From: Candidatus Latescibacterota bacterium
GTDB taxonomy: Bacteria; Latescibacterota; UBA2968; UBA8231
Assembly: GCA_965206595.1 (NCBI GenBank)
Contig: OZ242214.1
Location: 4,096,001-4,160,000, forward strand
Direction of reading: 5' to 3'
DNA: 64,000 nucleotides
Shown: positions 1 through 10,841 of the stretch, piece by piece
Layout of the letters: each line of letters begins with the position of its first letter
How positions within the stretch are numbered: position 1 is the first letter of the stretch
Notes under the pieces: generated by a model
Told to the model about the DNA's origin: nothing
Databases searched by the model: none
Seen by the model: only the letters and a program-made list of their open reading frames with translations
Translations under genes and position numbers: made by a program

Positions 1-245
1 TAATCAGTCGATTCTTTGGTATACCTGCGGAGGATATACGCAATGGCTTGAAGGGCAATCAGATCGTTTTTGAGAGGGTGAAGGACCCCATCTATGTCAA
101 AGGAGAGAGAATAGGCAAAATTCAAACTCTCCAAGTCCGTCCTCTCTATGGCCTCAAGTTTCGGTTTGAGGATAACGACTCTCGTGGGCCGGAGAAGTTA
201 ATGATTGGAAAGCGTGTCTTTGCCCAAACTTGGGGGACGGGGTGA
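1..245 (+). CDS. 3' end of hypothetical protein (runs off left edge)
   Basis: Frame of ORF 48..245 is open back to position 3 (ISRFFGIPAEDIRNGLKG...); lower GC; no recognisable motif. Confidence 0.45.
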   Translation, partial: ISRFFGIPAEDIRNGLKGNQIVFERVKDPIYVKGERIGKIQTLQVRPLYGLKFRFEDNDSRGPEKLMIGKRVFAQTWGTG

Positions 246-297
246 TGGACTTGGGCCAACTCTCGAGTTGCTGTGGCAGATGATGGGTGCTCATGGT

Positions 298-1470
298 CTA
301 GTGTCATGTCGTGTAATTAACTGTACAAACAATTGAAAGTGCCGTAGGTTTCCCTTATCCCCCTTCTGAAAGGAGAGACCTATGGTGACGGGGCGTCCAT
401 TAACGCCGTTAGAGCTGAGTCCGTCGGACCGGGAACGACTGGAATCGATGGCCAAATCACGAAGTCTTCCCCACGGATTGGTGCGGCGAGCCGAGATGGT
501 GCTGCTGGCCGCCGATGGCTGGCCCAATGAAGCGGTCGCTTCCGCGGTGGGTGTGACGCGAGCTACGGTGGGCAAATGGCGCCGGCGTTTTCTCGACAAC
601 GGACTCAATGGCTTGTATGATGAACTACGTTCAGGGGCGCCGCGATCGATCACGGACGAGCAGGTAGCCGAGGTGGTATACAAGACCCTGAAGACCAAGC
701 CCAAAGACGAAACACAGTGGTCGGTGCGCTCCATGGGCGAAGAAACCGGCCTGACCAAGGACGCGGTTCATCGCATTTGGCGCACGTATGGTTTGCAGCC
801 CCATCGACACAAGCGCTTCAAGCTTTCCACCGATCCTTTCTTTGTCGACAAAGTACGGGATATCGTCGGCTTGTACCTGAATCCCCCCGAGCACGCCCTG
901 GTGCTGTGCGTGGACGAGAAGAGCCAGATCCAGGCGTTGGAACGAAGTCAGCCCATGCTGCCCCTGGGACTGGGATACGTGGAAGGGATTACGCACGACT
1001 ACAAGCGGCACGGCACCACCACCCTGTTTGCCGCCCTGGACATCGCCACCGGGGAAGTGATGACCCAGTGCAAGCCCCGTCATCGTCACCAGGAGTTCCT
1101 CCAGTTCCTGCGCCACATCGAGGCCAACGTGCCCGCTGACCTCGATATTCATCTCGTCGTCGACAACTACGCCACGCATAAGCATGCCAAGGTCAAGCGA
1201 TGGCTGGCACGGCGTCCCCGATTTCACCTTCACTACACTCCCACGTATGCTTCGTGGCTCAATCAGGTGGAGATCTGGTTCAATATCCTCACCCGCCAGG
1301 CGGTTCGGCGCGATTCGTTCCGCAAGGTGTCGGAGCTCATCGAGCGAATCGAACGCTACACGGCCAAATGGAACGCCAACGCACACCCTTTCGTCTGGAC
1401 GGCTACGGCGGATTCCATCCTCGCCAAAATCAAGAGACTTTGTGAACGAATCTCTGCGACAGGACACTAG
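298..1470 (+). mobile_element. IS630 family element, copy 1 (intact)
   Basis: Starts CTAGTGTCATGTCG, ends CGACAGGACACTAG; CTAG at both ends; encodes the transposase. Confidence 0.93.
382..1470 (+). CDS. IS630 family DDE transposase
   Basis: HTH N-terminus; [19 protein letters not shown] and [10 protein letters not shown] motifs; stop codon inside the terminal CTAG. Confidence 0.95.
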   Translation: MVTGRPLTPLELSPSDRERLESMAKSRSLPHGLVRRAEMVLLAADGWPNEAVASAVGVTRATVGKWRRRFLDNGLNGLYDELRSGAPRSITDEQVAEVVYKTLKTKPKDETQWSVRSMGEETGLTKDAVHRIWRTYGLQPHRHKRFKLSTDPFFVDKVRDIVGLYLNPPEHALVLCVDEKSQIQALERSQPMLPLGLGYVEGITHDYKRHGTTTLFAALDIATGEVMTQCKPRHRHQEFLQFLRHIEANVPADLDIHLVVDNYATHKHAKVKRWLARRPRFHLHYTPTYASWLNQVEIWFNILTRQAVRRDSFRKVSELIERIERYTAKWNANAHPFVWTATADSILAKIKRLCERISATGH

Positions 1471-2470
1471 TGTCCTGTCGTGTAATTAACTGTACAAACA
1501 ATTGAAGGTGCCGTAGGTTTCTCTTATCCCCTTTCTGAAAGGAGAGACCTATGGTGACGGGGCGTCCATTACCGCCGTTAGAGCTGAGTCCGTCGGACCG
1601 GGAACGATTGGAATCGATGGCCAAATCCCGGAGCCTTTCCCACGGGTTGGTGCGGCGAGCCGAGATTAGTCTGCTGGCCGCAGAAGGCGGGCCCAATGAA
1701 GCCGTCGCCGCCGCCGTGGGTGTGACGCGTGCTACGGTCGGCAAGTGGCGCCGGCGCTTTCTCGAAAACGGGCTCCAGGGCTTGCATATGGTTTGCAGCC
1801 CCATCGACACAAGCACTTCAAGCTTTCCACCGATCCTTTCTTTGTCGACAAAGTACGGGATATCGTCGGCTTATACCTGAATCCCCCCGAGCACGCCCTG
1901 GTGCTGTGCGTCGACGAGAAGAGCCGGATCCAGGCGTTGGAACGAAGTCAGCCCATGCTGCCCCTGGGACTGGGATACGTGGAAGGGGTACCGCACGACT
2001 ACAAGCGCCATGGCACCACCACCCTGTTCGCCGCACTGGACGTAGCCACCGGGGAAGTGATGACCCAGTGCAAGCCCCGTCATCGTCACCAGGAGTTCCT
2101 TCAGTTCCTGCGCCACATCGAGGCCCACGTCCCCGCTGACCTCGATATTCATCTCGTCGTCGACAACTACGCCACGCATAAGCATGCCAAGGTCAAGCGA
2201 TGGCTGGCACGGCGTCCCCGATTTCACGTTCACTACACCCCCCACCTATGCTTCGTGGCTCAATCAGGTGGAGATCTGGTTCAATATCCTTACCCGCCAG
2301 GCGGTTCGGCGCGATTCGTTCCGCAAGGTGTCGGAGCTCATCGAGCGGATCGAACGCTACACGGCAAATGGAACGCCAACGCACACCCTTTCGTGTGGAC
2401 GGCTACGGCCGATTCCATCCTCGCGAAAATCAAGAGACTTTGCGAACGAATCTCTGCGACACAACACTAG
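1467..2470 (+). mobile_element. IS630 family element, copy 2 (defective)
   Basis: Shares the CTAG junction with copy 1 and ends at CTAG 2467-2470; about 170 bp internal deletion near 1785 plus frameshifts. Confidence 0.92.
1551..2470 (+). pseudogene. IS630 transposase pseudogene
   Basis: Split over ORFs 1551..1880, 1745..2470 and 2184..2492; homologous to 382..1470. Confidence 0.9.
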
Positions 2471-2546
2471 GTCTGCTTACCCCCGGTCATAGAGCAAGCC
2501 CCCGGAATACAACGGACGCGAGAACAGGTGGTCCGCCCATTGCTGT

Positions 2547-3971
2547 GTGGCCGGCACCATGCCGGCCACACCTGCCCATCCCCCCGCGTACCGCCGCCGC
2601 GAACCGGAAAAGGAGCCCCTCTACCAGATCCTCGCCGGGCATCTGGAAGCCTTTCTCCAGCAAGCCGGAACGGCCGAGCACCGACTGCCGCTCCATGTCG
2701 AGAAAGAGATGCGGGCCTACCTCGAATGCGGCATTCTGGCTACCGCCTCGCCTACGACGGCGAGTGGGTCTCGAAGGTACTTGCGGTGTTTCTGCGCGTG
2801 GTGGGGCGCTGGTATCGACGTCAAGCGCAGGTCATGGGCCATGGTAATTCACGTTGGGGCTCGGTAACCTTCGTCCAAAGATTCGGTTCCTCCCTGAACC
2901 TCAATCCCCACGTACACGTGCTCATGCTCGACGGAGTCTACGTCGATGGGGAGGACGCTCCGGTTTTCGTTCCGGCCCCGCCGTTGTCCGACCAAGCCGT
3001 GCAGCAGATCGTGGAGACGAGTGCGCGCCGCATCATGCGCTTGTGCACGAAACGCGGCCTGCTCGACGACACCGCAGCCGATCCGCTCGCCGACGAGGAG
3101 CCCGTGCTGGCGGCTCTCACCGCGGCTTCGGTGCGAGGGCTCACCGCCACCGGGGCACGCGCCGGCCAACGCCTGCGCCGGGTCCTGAAAGATGCGGCCA
3201 CCGGGGTGCGTACGGCGCCCTTGTGCTTTGCTTCGCGCGGCTTTTGGCTGCCTGCGGCAACGCGGATCGCAGGTCCTGGCGGCGGGGCGTCTGCGCATTC
3301 TCGATGCCGACCCTCTTTCCTTCGCGCTCAAAACGCCGTGGTCGGATGGGACCCGCCATCTCCTGCTGTCTCCGATGGAACTGCTGGAGAAGCTGGCGGC
3401 TCTGGTCCCCCCGCCCCGGTTTCATCTCCTACGCTACCACGGGGTCCTGGCGCCCCGGGCCCGGGCCCGCGACCGCATCGTGCCGGCCAAGCCGGTTGCC
3501 GAGCCGTCGGCGGCGGACGGCTCGGCGAGCGCTGCGTCCTGCGGCCATCGGCTGCGCTGGGCGACCCTGCTGGCGCGGGTGTTTTCCTCCGACCTCAGCG
3601 AATGCGCGGCATGCGGCGGTGGCCTGAGAATCATCGCCGCCCTGACCGATCCGGCCTCGATCCGGACCTATCTGGGGGGTAGGGCTGCCGGCGATGCCCC
3701 CGCCGAGGGCCCCGCCTGAGCCGCTGTTCGAGTTCGCCGCCGGCCCTGCCTTCTCGACCCGTCGCCGTCGCCGGGCGTACGGCTGGGTGTGCCCTCAACG
3801 GTCCCTCAGGCCCCGGATTGATCCGGATACGGGCCTACAGGCAACCAGACCGGACTGCGAGCTCGGTCGAAGGATTGGCAAACGATCCTCTCAGGGAGCT
3901 GCCGGACCCTTGCGGTGCGCTCAGCGCCTTGACCGAGAGTCAAAAAAGGTGCCTCATTTTTCCTATACTTT
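2547..3971 (+). mobile_element. ISCR/IS91-family rolling-circle element, copy 1; transposase pseudogene
   Basis: YRRREPEKEPLY...YLECGILA N-terminus; HUH motif QRFGSSLNLNPHVH; PPPRFHLLRYHGVLAP; CxxC C-terminus; oriIS-like end TTTTCCTATAC near 3958-3968. Zn-finger and RLCRY segments deleted. Left end uncertain. Confidence 0.85.
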
Positions 3972-4115
3972 GGAAGGCAGGGGCCAGCGCTTCACCAGTG
4001 CCGAGGAGTTGCGCCGAGACCTCGGCTTCTGATATGCTAACCGCTGTCCGCCCCCTCGCAGTTCAAGCGCGATGTGCGGAGGGCCAAGGTCCGGGGCAAG
4101 GATCTGAAGCGGCGA
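3972..4115 (+). pseudogene. Remnant of a DinJ/RelB-YafQ type II TA pair
   Basis: Antitoxin tail GRGQRFTSAEELRRDLGF* then ATG at 4034, MLTAVRP/SQFKRDVRRAKVRGKDLKR (YafQ-like N-terminus, frameshifted and truncated). Confidence 0.7.
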
Positions 4116-4179
4116 GATGGCAGCGCCAGCGAAGCCGCAGCATCAGCCCCCTTCTCCCACTCACGAATAGGAGCGCGCC

Positions 4180-5208
4180 ATGCATGCTCAGAGACCGAAC
4201 CTCTTCGATTACGCGACTTCAGAACTCTCGCAAGATGCCTTCCTTTGTTGGCTGCTCAAATGGGCTGATCCGACTTGTCGAGAATTCAGCGAAGCCTTGC
4301 ACGAAGCCGGAGTGGACTTGATCCGCCTTCTTTCCGCTGGGGAAGAGGGGTATTCAGAAAAGATCAATACCGTATGCGTGGAAAAACAGGTTGACCACAT
4401 TGACGTTCTATGTGTGCTCAACGAGCAGGAAGAGACTAAAGCTGCTATCCTGATTGAGGACAAGAAGGGTACTCAGGAACATTCGGACCAGCTGCAGAGA
4501 TACAAGGAACTGCTAAGTAAGGGCTTTCCGCAAGACAGGATTATTGCCGTCTATGTTCAAACTGACGATCAAAGCGATTACGGTAATGTGCGCAGCCATG
4601 GATATGATGTTGTCAGTCGACCTGATCTCCTGGCAGTCCTCGAGAAGTGCAGAGAAGCCCGAAGCCAGAGCGACATCCTTGACGGATTCGTGCGCCACCT
4701 ACGATCCATAGAGGATGAGGTGCAGAGTTGGCAATCCAAGCATCCCACAGATTGGTCATGGAGTGCCTGGAAAGGCTTCTTCATGGAATTGCAGGGAACC
4801 TCCGTAAAGGGAGACTGGGACTACATTCCAAACGAGAGCGGTGGCTTCCTGTGCTACTGGTATGCTGCTCGGGAAACTGATGAGACTTGGATGCACATCG
4901 ACCATGCGAAGCGTACTCTGTGCTTTCGCTTGGCTATGTCAGAGGCAGACACAGACCAAAGGTATGCACTGAGAGATCAGTGGAGTGGCTGCATCATTGA
5001 TCGATGCAAGGAGCTGAACATTCCTGCGAGAAAACCTCAGCGCTTTGGACGTATATCCGCTGGTAGCTTGACCGTTGCAGAGATTGATCGTGAAGCTTGG
5101 CTAAGGGTGCAGGACGGCCTTGTAGACCTTGACGCTACGGTGGCCACCATGGAGAAGTGCCTGGAGGTTGTCCGGCACTGTATAGAAAGCGACAGGGAAC
5201 GAAATTGA
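4180..5208 (+). CDS. PD-(D/E)XK nuclease family protein (PDDEXK_4-like)
   Basis: NLFDYATSELSQDAFLCWLL, IDVL...IEDK, HSDQLQRY; AGGAG RBS; lower GC than flanks. Confidence 0.8.
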   Translation: MHAQRPNLFDYATSELSQDAFLCWLLKWADPTCREFSEALHEAGVDLIRLLSAGEEGYSEKINTVCVEKQVDHIDVLCVLNEQEETKAAILIEDKKGTQEHSDQLQRYKELLSKGFPQDRIIAVYVQTDDQSDYGNVRSHGYDVVSRPDLLAVLEKCREARSQSDILDGFVRHLRSIEDEVQSWQSKHPTDWSWSAWKGFFMELQGTSVKGDWDYIPNESGGFLCYWYAARETDETWMHIDHAKRTLCFRLAMSEADTDQRYALRDQWSGCIIDRCKELNIPARKPQRFGRISAGSLTVAEIDREAWLRVQDGLVDLDATVATMEKCLEVVRHCIESDRERN

Positions 5209-5229
5209 TATCCCCCATCAGCCGAGGTC

Positions 5230-6383
5230 CTGTCAAGGGGTCCGCCGCTGCCGCTCCCGCGTCGGGCGGGCGGGCGGGCGGGACGTTGAGGAAGCGGTCG
5301 AGGTAGACGCGCATCGCCCCGTGGTAGACGCCGCGCAGCATCTCCGGCGACTCGGCCCTCTTCAGCATCTGATGGAGGGCGTTGGCGTACGAGAAGGTGT
5401 GGAGCACCGCGATCCAGTCGGAGAACTCGTTGTTCACGTGGAAGCGGACGATGCGCAGCGCCGCGGCCATCGTGATCGCCTCCGCCAGTAGCACGGGGCG
5501 CGCGCCTCTCCTCAGGGCCTCGTTCAGCCCCTCCACGATCGCGTGGGGATCGTCCTGCAGGAGCGCGTCGGTGAACTCGCCGCTGCCCTTCCACTCCCTC
5601 CCCCCATCTCCGCCAGGTCGGCCGGGCTCGAAGGGCCCTCGATGGCGGCCAGCAGGGTGCGTTCCGCCCCGTCGCCGTTGCGCACCTCGATCAGGTAGCG
5701 GAACCACCGTCTCAGCGCGTCGTGCGGGATCGCCCTGCTCTCGAGGGGCCGGAGCGGGACCCGCGGCGGCTGGCCGCTGGTGTTCGTCGCTACGTGGAGG
5801 ACCCCCTGGTACAGGGGGCGATGCGCTCGTCGCCTTGGAGGTGGTCGGTCACGTTGGCCATGGCCGAGAGGATCGTCATGCCGTCGGCCCAACCCGAGCG
5901 CCGCCGGCGCACTCCGTAGAGGCCGCTGGCCCGCACGACGTCATCCGGGTCCGCCCCGGCGCGCAGGAGTGACACCACGGCCTTGGCCATCACCAGCCGG
6001 ATGTTCTGGTCCATGCCCTCCTCGAGGCGGCGCAGGCCGCGCTCGACCGGGTCGCGAGGGGGCGCGGAGAGGTCGATGTACACGCGCCCGTCCTTGACTT
6101 CCACCGGGTAGACGGTGGCGTCGTCGGCAAAGAGATCGAAGGTGCAGCCGCTGTTGAGGTCGAACCGGGCGTGGTGCCAGTGACAGGTCAGGATGCCGTC
6201 CTCCACGGTCCCGCGATGCAGGGGAAACCCCATGTGCGGACAGCGGTTGTCCACGGCGTGGAGGTTTCCCTCCGAGTAGAACACGACGATCGGTACGGGT
6301 CCACCGGAAACCACGGTTCTCCCCTTGAGCCTGATCTCCTCCAGGGTCCCCGCGTCCAGCAGTCTCGACTCTGATCTGTCCAT
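5230..6383 (-). pseudogene. Rieske [2Fe-2S] domain protein with helical C-terminal region; frameshifted and internally deleted
   Basis: NRCPHMGFPL...TCHWHHARFD Rieske motif; continues in ORFs 5524..5892 and 5135..5707 (EFSDWIAVLHTFSYANA...YLDRFLNVPPAR). Confidence 0.8.
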
Positions 6384-6435
6384 GACTTTCTCCTTTCGGA
6401 TGGCGGCTCTCCATGAGCCGTGGACCGAATCTGCA

Positions 6436-6455
6436 ACTTCAAGTATACTTGAAGT
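6436..6455. promoter_or_regulatory. SoxR box in a MerR-type promoter for the Rieske gene
   Basis: Perfect palindrome ACTTCAAGTATACTTGAAGT, resembling the SoxR box CCTCAAGTTAACTTGAGG; minus strand TTGACT-19 bp-CAGATT. Confidence 0.85.
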
Positions 6456-6469
6456 CAAGGAGAATCTTC

Positions 6470-6937
6470 ATGGCCGAGCTTCCGGAGTCCCTGACCATCG
6501 GTGAGGTAGCGGCGCGCAGCGGGGTCGCCACCTCCGCCCTGCGCTTCTACGAGGAGGAGGGCCTGATCTCCTCGGAACGGACCCGCGGCAACCAGCGGCG
6601 GTATCCACGGGCGGTCTTGCGCCGCGTCGCCGTCATCCGGGCCGCCCAGAGGGTCGGCGTATCTCTACGGGAGATCCGCTCGGCCCTGGACGGCCTTCCC
6701 AGCGGGCGCACGCCCAACAAGGCGGAGTGGGCAAGGCTGTCGCGGGGCTGGAGGGATCAGCTCGAGGAGCGGATCGAGACGCTGGAGAGGTTGAAGCAGA
6801 GCCTGACCGGCTGCATCGGCTGCGGCTGCCTGTCCCTGCGGTCGTGCTCGCTCTTCAACCGGGAGGACCAGATGGCATCCCGGGTCGACGGCAGTTCCCT
6901 GATGGGGAAACCCGCGAGGCGCCCGTCCTCCGGGTAA
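6470..6937 (+). CDS. soxR: Redox-sensitive transcriptional activator SoxR
   Basis: MerR HTH (LTIGEVAARSGVATSALRFYE), RTRGNQRRY, and CIGCGCLSLRSC [2Fe-2S] motif. Confidence 0.95.
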   Translation: MAELPESLTIGEVAARSGVATSALRFYEEEGLISSERTRGNQRRYPRAVLRRVAVIRAAQRVGVSLREIRSALDGLPSGRTPNKAEWARLSRGWRDQLEERIETLERLKQSLTGCIGCGCLSLRSCSLFNREDQMASRVDGSSLMGKPARRPSSG

Positions 6938-6954
6938 TGGCGACGCGTATCCCT

Positions 6955-7215
6955 ATTCCTTGCCCGCCACGCCGACCTGCACGATGCGAGTCCCCTCCAC
7001 GCCCGCGACGCCCACGTATTTGAAGGGCCTGGCGTCGAGCTCGCGCCGAACGGTCGGCCACCTCGGCGAGGATGGCGTTGATTTCGGCCTGGCTCATGCC
7101 GGCCTTGAGGGCCGCGGCGATGAAGTGCGCCGTCAGCATCGCTTCTGCGACCATGTGCCCGGAGACAGCATCGTCCATCGAGCCGGCCTTCTTCACGCCG
7201 CCGCTGGCGCTCAAG
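6955..7215 (-). pseudogene. Fragment of a putative sensor-domain protein
   Basis: Coding-like GC-rich fragment ending ...RELDARPFKYVGVAGVEGTRIVQVGVAGKE* in a shifted frame; no 5' end. Confidence 0.35.
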
Positions 7216-7315
7216 GTGAGGCACAGTCCAAGAGCTTCCAGACCTCTGAACTACATAGATCGAATGTCAATGACAGGTGTTTGAAATCGTTCATCACTCA
7301 GGCCCCCTTCCCATC

Positions 7316-7597
7316 TCACAATCTGTATGCGTCATGGGGACCAACAGCGATTGCTTTTCCAACTCCTTGCCCGAGATCTTGAAAAATGAATCTGTGCTTG
7401 TCATCCAGTCTTACAGAATGAAGCGGGGGCTGATTCTTTCGCTGCCCACTCAATTTCTCAAGCTTCCGGCCTGGTGATAATTCTCCCCTTTCAAATTCAT
7501 CGAAGAGATCAATCAACTCTTTCTTCACCTTGGGATGTAACCTGCGAGCAGCCTTGCGAAATCTGTTGGTTCCATCGAAACTATGAATCCGCATCAC
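7316..7597 (-). CDS. RelE/ParE/HigB-superfamily toxin
   Basis: 93 aa basic protein: FRKAARRL...KLEKLSG...HSVRLDDKHRFIF...VGPHD. Confidence 0.75.
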   Translation of the reverse strand: MMRIHSFDGTNRFRKAARRLHPKVKKELIDLFDEFERGELSPGRKLEKLSGQRKNQPPLHSVRLDDKHRFIFQDLGQGVGKAIAVGPHDAYRL

Positions 7598-8078
7598 TGT
7601 CGTCTCGCAAGAACTTTATGAGATCATCTCTGCCCCTTATCGTTCCGGCAACCTCAGAAGCTTGGCCGTCATGGATCAGAATTGTCCATCGAGCTTCTTC
7701 AAGTATGATCGCAAGTCTTCTGTAGAGATCATCTAACTGATCCAGTTCCCCAATCCGTTCTTTGTAGCCTTTGCGAACTAAGTCAGACCGTAGATGTCGT
7801 AGTTCGACACGTTGCGCGTCAAAGTACTCCTCAGCCTTCTCCAGAATAGGAACCGCAATGTCATCAGGATCAATCTCGTCATCCTCCGGGTAGTCCTTGG
7901 CAAGCTCGGCAAATCGTCTGTGGAACTCCTCGACCAAAGGGGCCAGCCCCTCACGGAGCGCTTTATATCTCTCTAGGTCCACATCGGCCCTCAACGGCTC
8001 AGAGAGCCAAACCATCGTGCCAGTGACGTTCCGAATCGTCTCACCGGCTCCTGCTGGCGGCTGGACAAGTGTGCTCAT
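7581..8078 (-). CDS. Acidic helical protein, putative antitoxin
   Basis: Overlaps the toxin start; GGAG RBS; D/E-rich. Confidence 0.6.
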   Translation of the reverse strand: MSTLVQPPAGAGETIRNVTGTMVWLSEPLRADVDLERYKALREGLAPLVEEFHRRFAELAKDYPEDDEIDPDDIAVPILEKAEEYFDAQRVELRHLRSDLVRKGYKERIGELDQLDDLYRRLAIILEEARWTILIHDGQASEVAGTIRGRDDLIKFLRDDSDADS

Positions 8079-8482
8079 GCCTATTCTCCGTGGTTTCTTC
8101 CCTAGTCCTTCTCAGCCTTCTTTCGCTTGCTTCTCACGCCGTTCCACCACGATCTGGTTACTCGTCTTCGGTGGAGAGTTGAGCAGGTTTCCTGGCGACC
8201 TTCTGCGCTGCGTCGTGAACGCTGTCGGGGATGGCCGGGTGTCGCTTCGGGCCGGGCTTAGGCATTAGTCGTTGAGCTTTCTTGCATTCCCTGCGATGAG
8301 GAACCAGTGGTGGTGAAGGGATGTACAGTATCCGGTGACTCCGGTAGAGTCAAACTCGCCCAGCCGTATAGAAAGATGGCTGGGGGGACGCCAACCGTTC
8401 AGATGTGCACTTACCCCGCACGCTGGCAGATGTGTGCTGAGTTGAGGATATAATTCCCTTCTTCATCTCGTTCTCCTCGTGG

Positions 8483-8950
8483 TCATGAGCCCGGGCGGTA
8501 CTCCAGCTCCACCCGGTTCTCGGGGCCCCGGAGGCCCATGGTGTTGACCGCCCGCGCCCGCAGGCGGTTGCGGCCCGGGTGCAGCTCCCACTCGAAGGAG
8601 GCGCCGCTCTCCTCCCACTCCCCCCGGTCCAGGCTGACCTCGAAAGCGGTCCAGGTGGGGGATGGGGCTGGTAGAGCTGGGTGAACAGCCCATGGAGCTG
8701 CTCGGCGGGAACGGGCGGCGGCGGCACGAAATCGATGTTCCCCATCCGGCCGGCGGCGGCGAGGCGGTGCATCTCGAGGGCGTTGATGGGGGCGCCGGCC
8801 TCCTCGTACTGGAAGGCGACCTCGTGGCCGGGCAGGAGCCCCGGGTCCTGGAGGATCCACTTGCCGTGCTCGTCGGACCAGATCTCGGCCAGGCAGTGGT
8901 GGTCGACGATGAGGGCGCGGGCGTGGTAGCCGAGAGCGGCGGCGCACTGG
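8483..8950 (-). pseudogene. C-terminal fragment of a transglutaminase-like protein
   Basis: HHCLAEIWSDEHGKWILQDPG motif, then ...LHPGRNRLRARAVN in another frame; 5' part replaced by ISCR copy 2. Confidence 0.6.
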
Positions 8951-9264
8951 CGCCCCGCCGTTGTCGGACCAAGCCGTGCAGCAGATCGTGGAGACGAGTG
9001 CGCGCCGCATCATCCGCTTGTGCACGAAACGCGGCCTGCTCGACGACACCGCAGCCGATCCGCTCGCCGACGAGGAGCCCGTGTTGGCGGCTCTCACCGC
9101 GGCTTCGGTGCGAGGGCTCACCGCCACCGGGGCAGGCGCCGGCCAACGCCTGCGCCGGGTCCTGAAAGATGCGGCCACCGGGGTGCGTACGGCGCCCTTG
9201 TGTTTTGCTTCGCGCGGCTTTTGGCTGCATGCGGCAACGCGGATCGCAGGCCCTGACCTGCGGG

Positions 9265-10118
9265 GAACCTATCTCAAAATTGAAATTGTTTAAGCAAAAT
9301 CAAAATGGATGCAAGTTGGACGAAGCCAAGAAAATTCTCCGGATACAATTCCCAGCGAGTGATCACTCGACGCTGCCATTGAAGCCAAGCAAAGAATCTC
9401 TCAACCATCCAAGGCCGCACATAACGCCGCAATCGCCGTCCATCCTGAGTCTTTTGCTTGCTCCGATTCTGGCGATGCGGGGCGATCATCTCGATCCCGT
9501 CTTTCTTAAGCTCTTCATCCAACGAATCGCTGTCGTACGCTTTATCGCCGATCAAGTTGTCAGGTTGGTCTTCGATGAGGTAAAAGTCAAAGGTCAACTG
9601 AACCAGCGTCACTTCATGATGGTTCGCTGCATGCGTGCTCACCGACAAGGGAAGCCCATTGCCGTCCACGATCCCCATGACCCGCACCCCCTTACCTCGC
9701 TTGGTGTGGCCGATATCGGCACCTCCACCCTTGGCCGCCGAGAACATGCCGTCGATGAAAGCCTCCGATTCGTCCAGGCCCCCTTGCTCGTGAAGGGTCT
9801 GGGCCAAGTCCATGAGAACTTCGCGTACCACCCCTTGACGACACCCGTTTTGAAAACGGCGATGCACGGTTTTGTAGTTCGGATAGCACTGCGGCAACAT
9901 AGGCCATTGAGCCCCGGTGTTTAGAATCCAAAGGACGGCTTCAAAAACATCACGCGTGCAAACCGGTTTGCGACCCGGATAGCTCTTGGGACGAAGTTCT
10001 TCAGGAAAGTGATGGCGGATTCGTTGCCATTGCATGTCGGTCAGATTGACCATACACCAATGGTACATCACTGTCATTTCGGGAACAAGTTTAAGTTTGC
10101 CTATTTTGAGATAGGTTC
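9265..10118 (-). mobile_element. IS5 family element
   Basis: Perfect 16-bp IRs GAACCTATCTCAAAAT (9265-9280 and 10103-10118); a GG duplication restores the ISCR frame DLRGLERL. Confidence 0.92.
9274..10077 (-). CDS. IS5 family transposase
   Basis: LTDMQWQRI, ILNTGAQW, IDG, GDKAYDSD and WMVERFFAWL motifs. Confidence 0.9.
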   Translation of the reverse strand: MTVMYHWCMVNLTDMQWQRIRHHFPEELRPKSYPGRKPVCTRDVFEAVLWILNTGAQWPMLPQCYPNYKTVHRRFQNGCRQGVVREVLMDLAQTLHEQGGLDESEAFIDGMFSAAKGGGADIGHTKRGKGVRVMGIVDGNGLPLSVSTHAANHHEVTLVQLTFDFYLIEDQPDNLIGDKAYDSDSLDEELKKDGIEMIAPHRQNRSKQKTQDGRRLRRYVRPWMVERFFAWLQWQRRVITRWELYPENFLGFVQLASILILLKQFQF

Positions 10119-10841
10119 GGGTCTCGAACGCTTGTGCCGCTACGTGGCCCGGCCGCCCTGGCGGGAGGGCGTCTGCGCATTCTCGATGCCGACCATCTTT
10201 CCTTGGCGCTCAAAACGCCGTGGTCGGATGGGACCCGCCATCTCCTGCTGTCTCCGATGGAACTGCCGGAGAAGCTGACGGCTCTGGTCCCCCCGCCCCG
10301 GTTTCATCTCCTGCGCTACCACGGGGTCCTGGCGCCCCGGGCCCGGGCCCGCGACCGCATCGTGTCGGCCCAACCGGTTGCCGAGCCGTCGGCGGCGGCC
10401 GGCTCGGCGAGCGCTGCGTCCTGCGGCCATCGACTGCGGTGGGCGACCCTGCTGGCGCGGGTGTTTTCCTCCGACCTCAGCGAATGCGCGGCATGCGGCG
10501 GTGGCCTGAGAATCATCGCCGCCTTGACCGATCCGGCTTCGATCCGGACCTGTCTGGAGGGGGTAGGGCTGCCGGCGATGCCCCCGCCGAGGGCCCCGCC
10601 TGAGCCGCTTTTTGAGTTCGCCGCCTGATCCTGCCTTCTCGACCCGTCGCCGGGCGTACGGCGGGGTGTGCCCTCAACGGTCCCTCAGGCCCCGGATTGA
10701 TCCGGATACGGGCCTACAGGCAACCAGACCGGACTGCGAGCTCGGTCGAAGGACTGGCAAAACGATCCTCAGGGGAGTTGCCAGACCCTTGCGGTGCGCT
10801 CAGCGCCTTGACCGAGAGTCAAAAAAGGTGCCTCATTTTTC

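Noticed and set aside
8100-8460. Small frameshifted ORF (MPKPGPKRHPAIPDSVHDAAQKVARK...) or element end upstream of the TA pair
   Set aside because: It may be a mobile-element remnant, but no terminal repeats or transposase could be identified.
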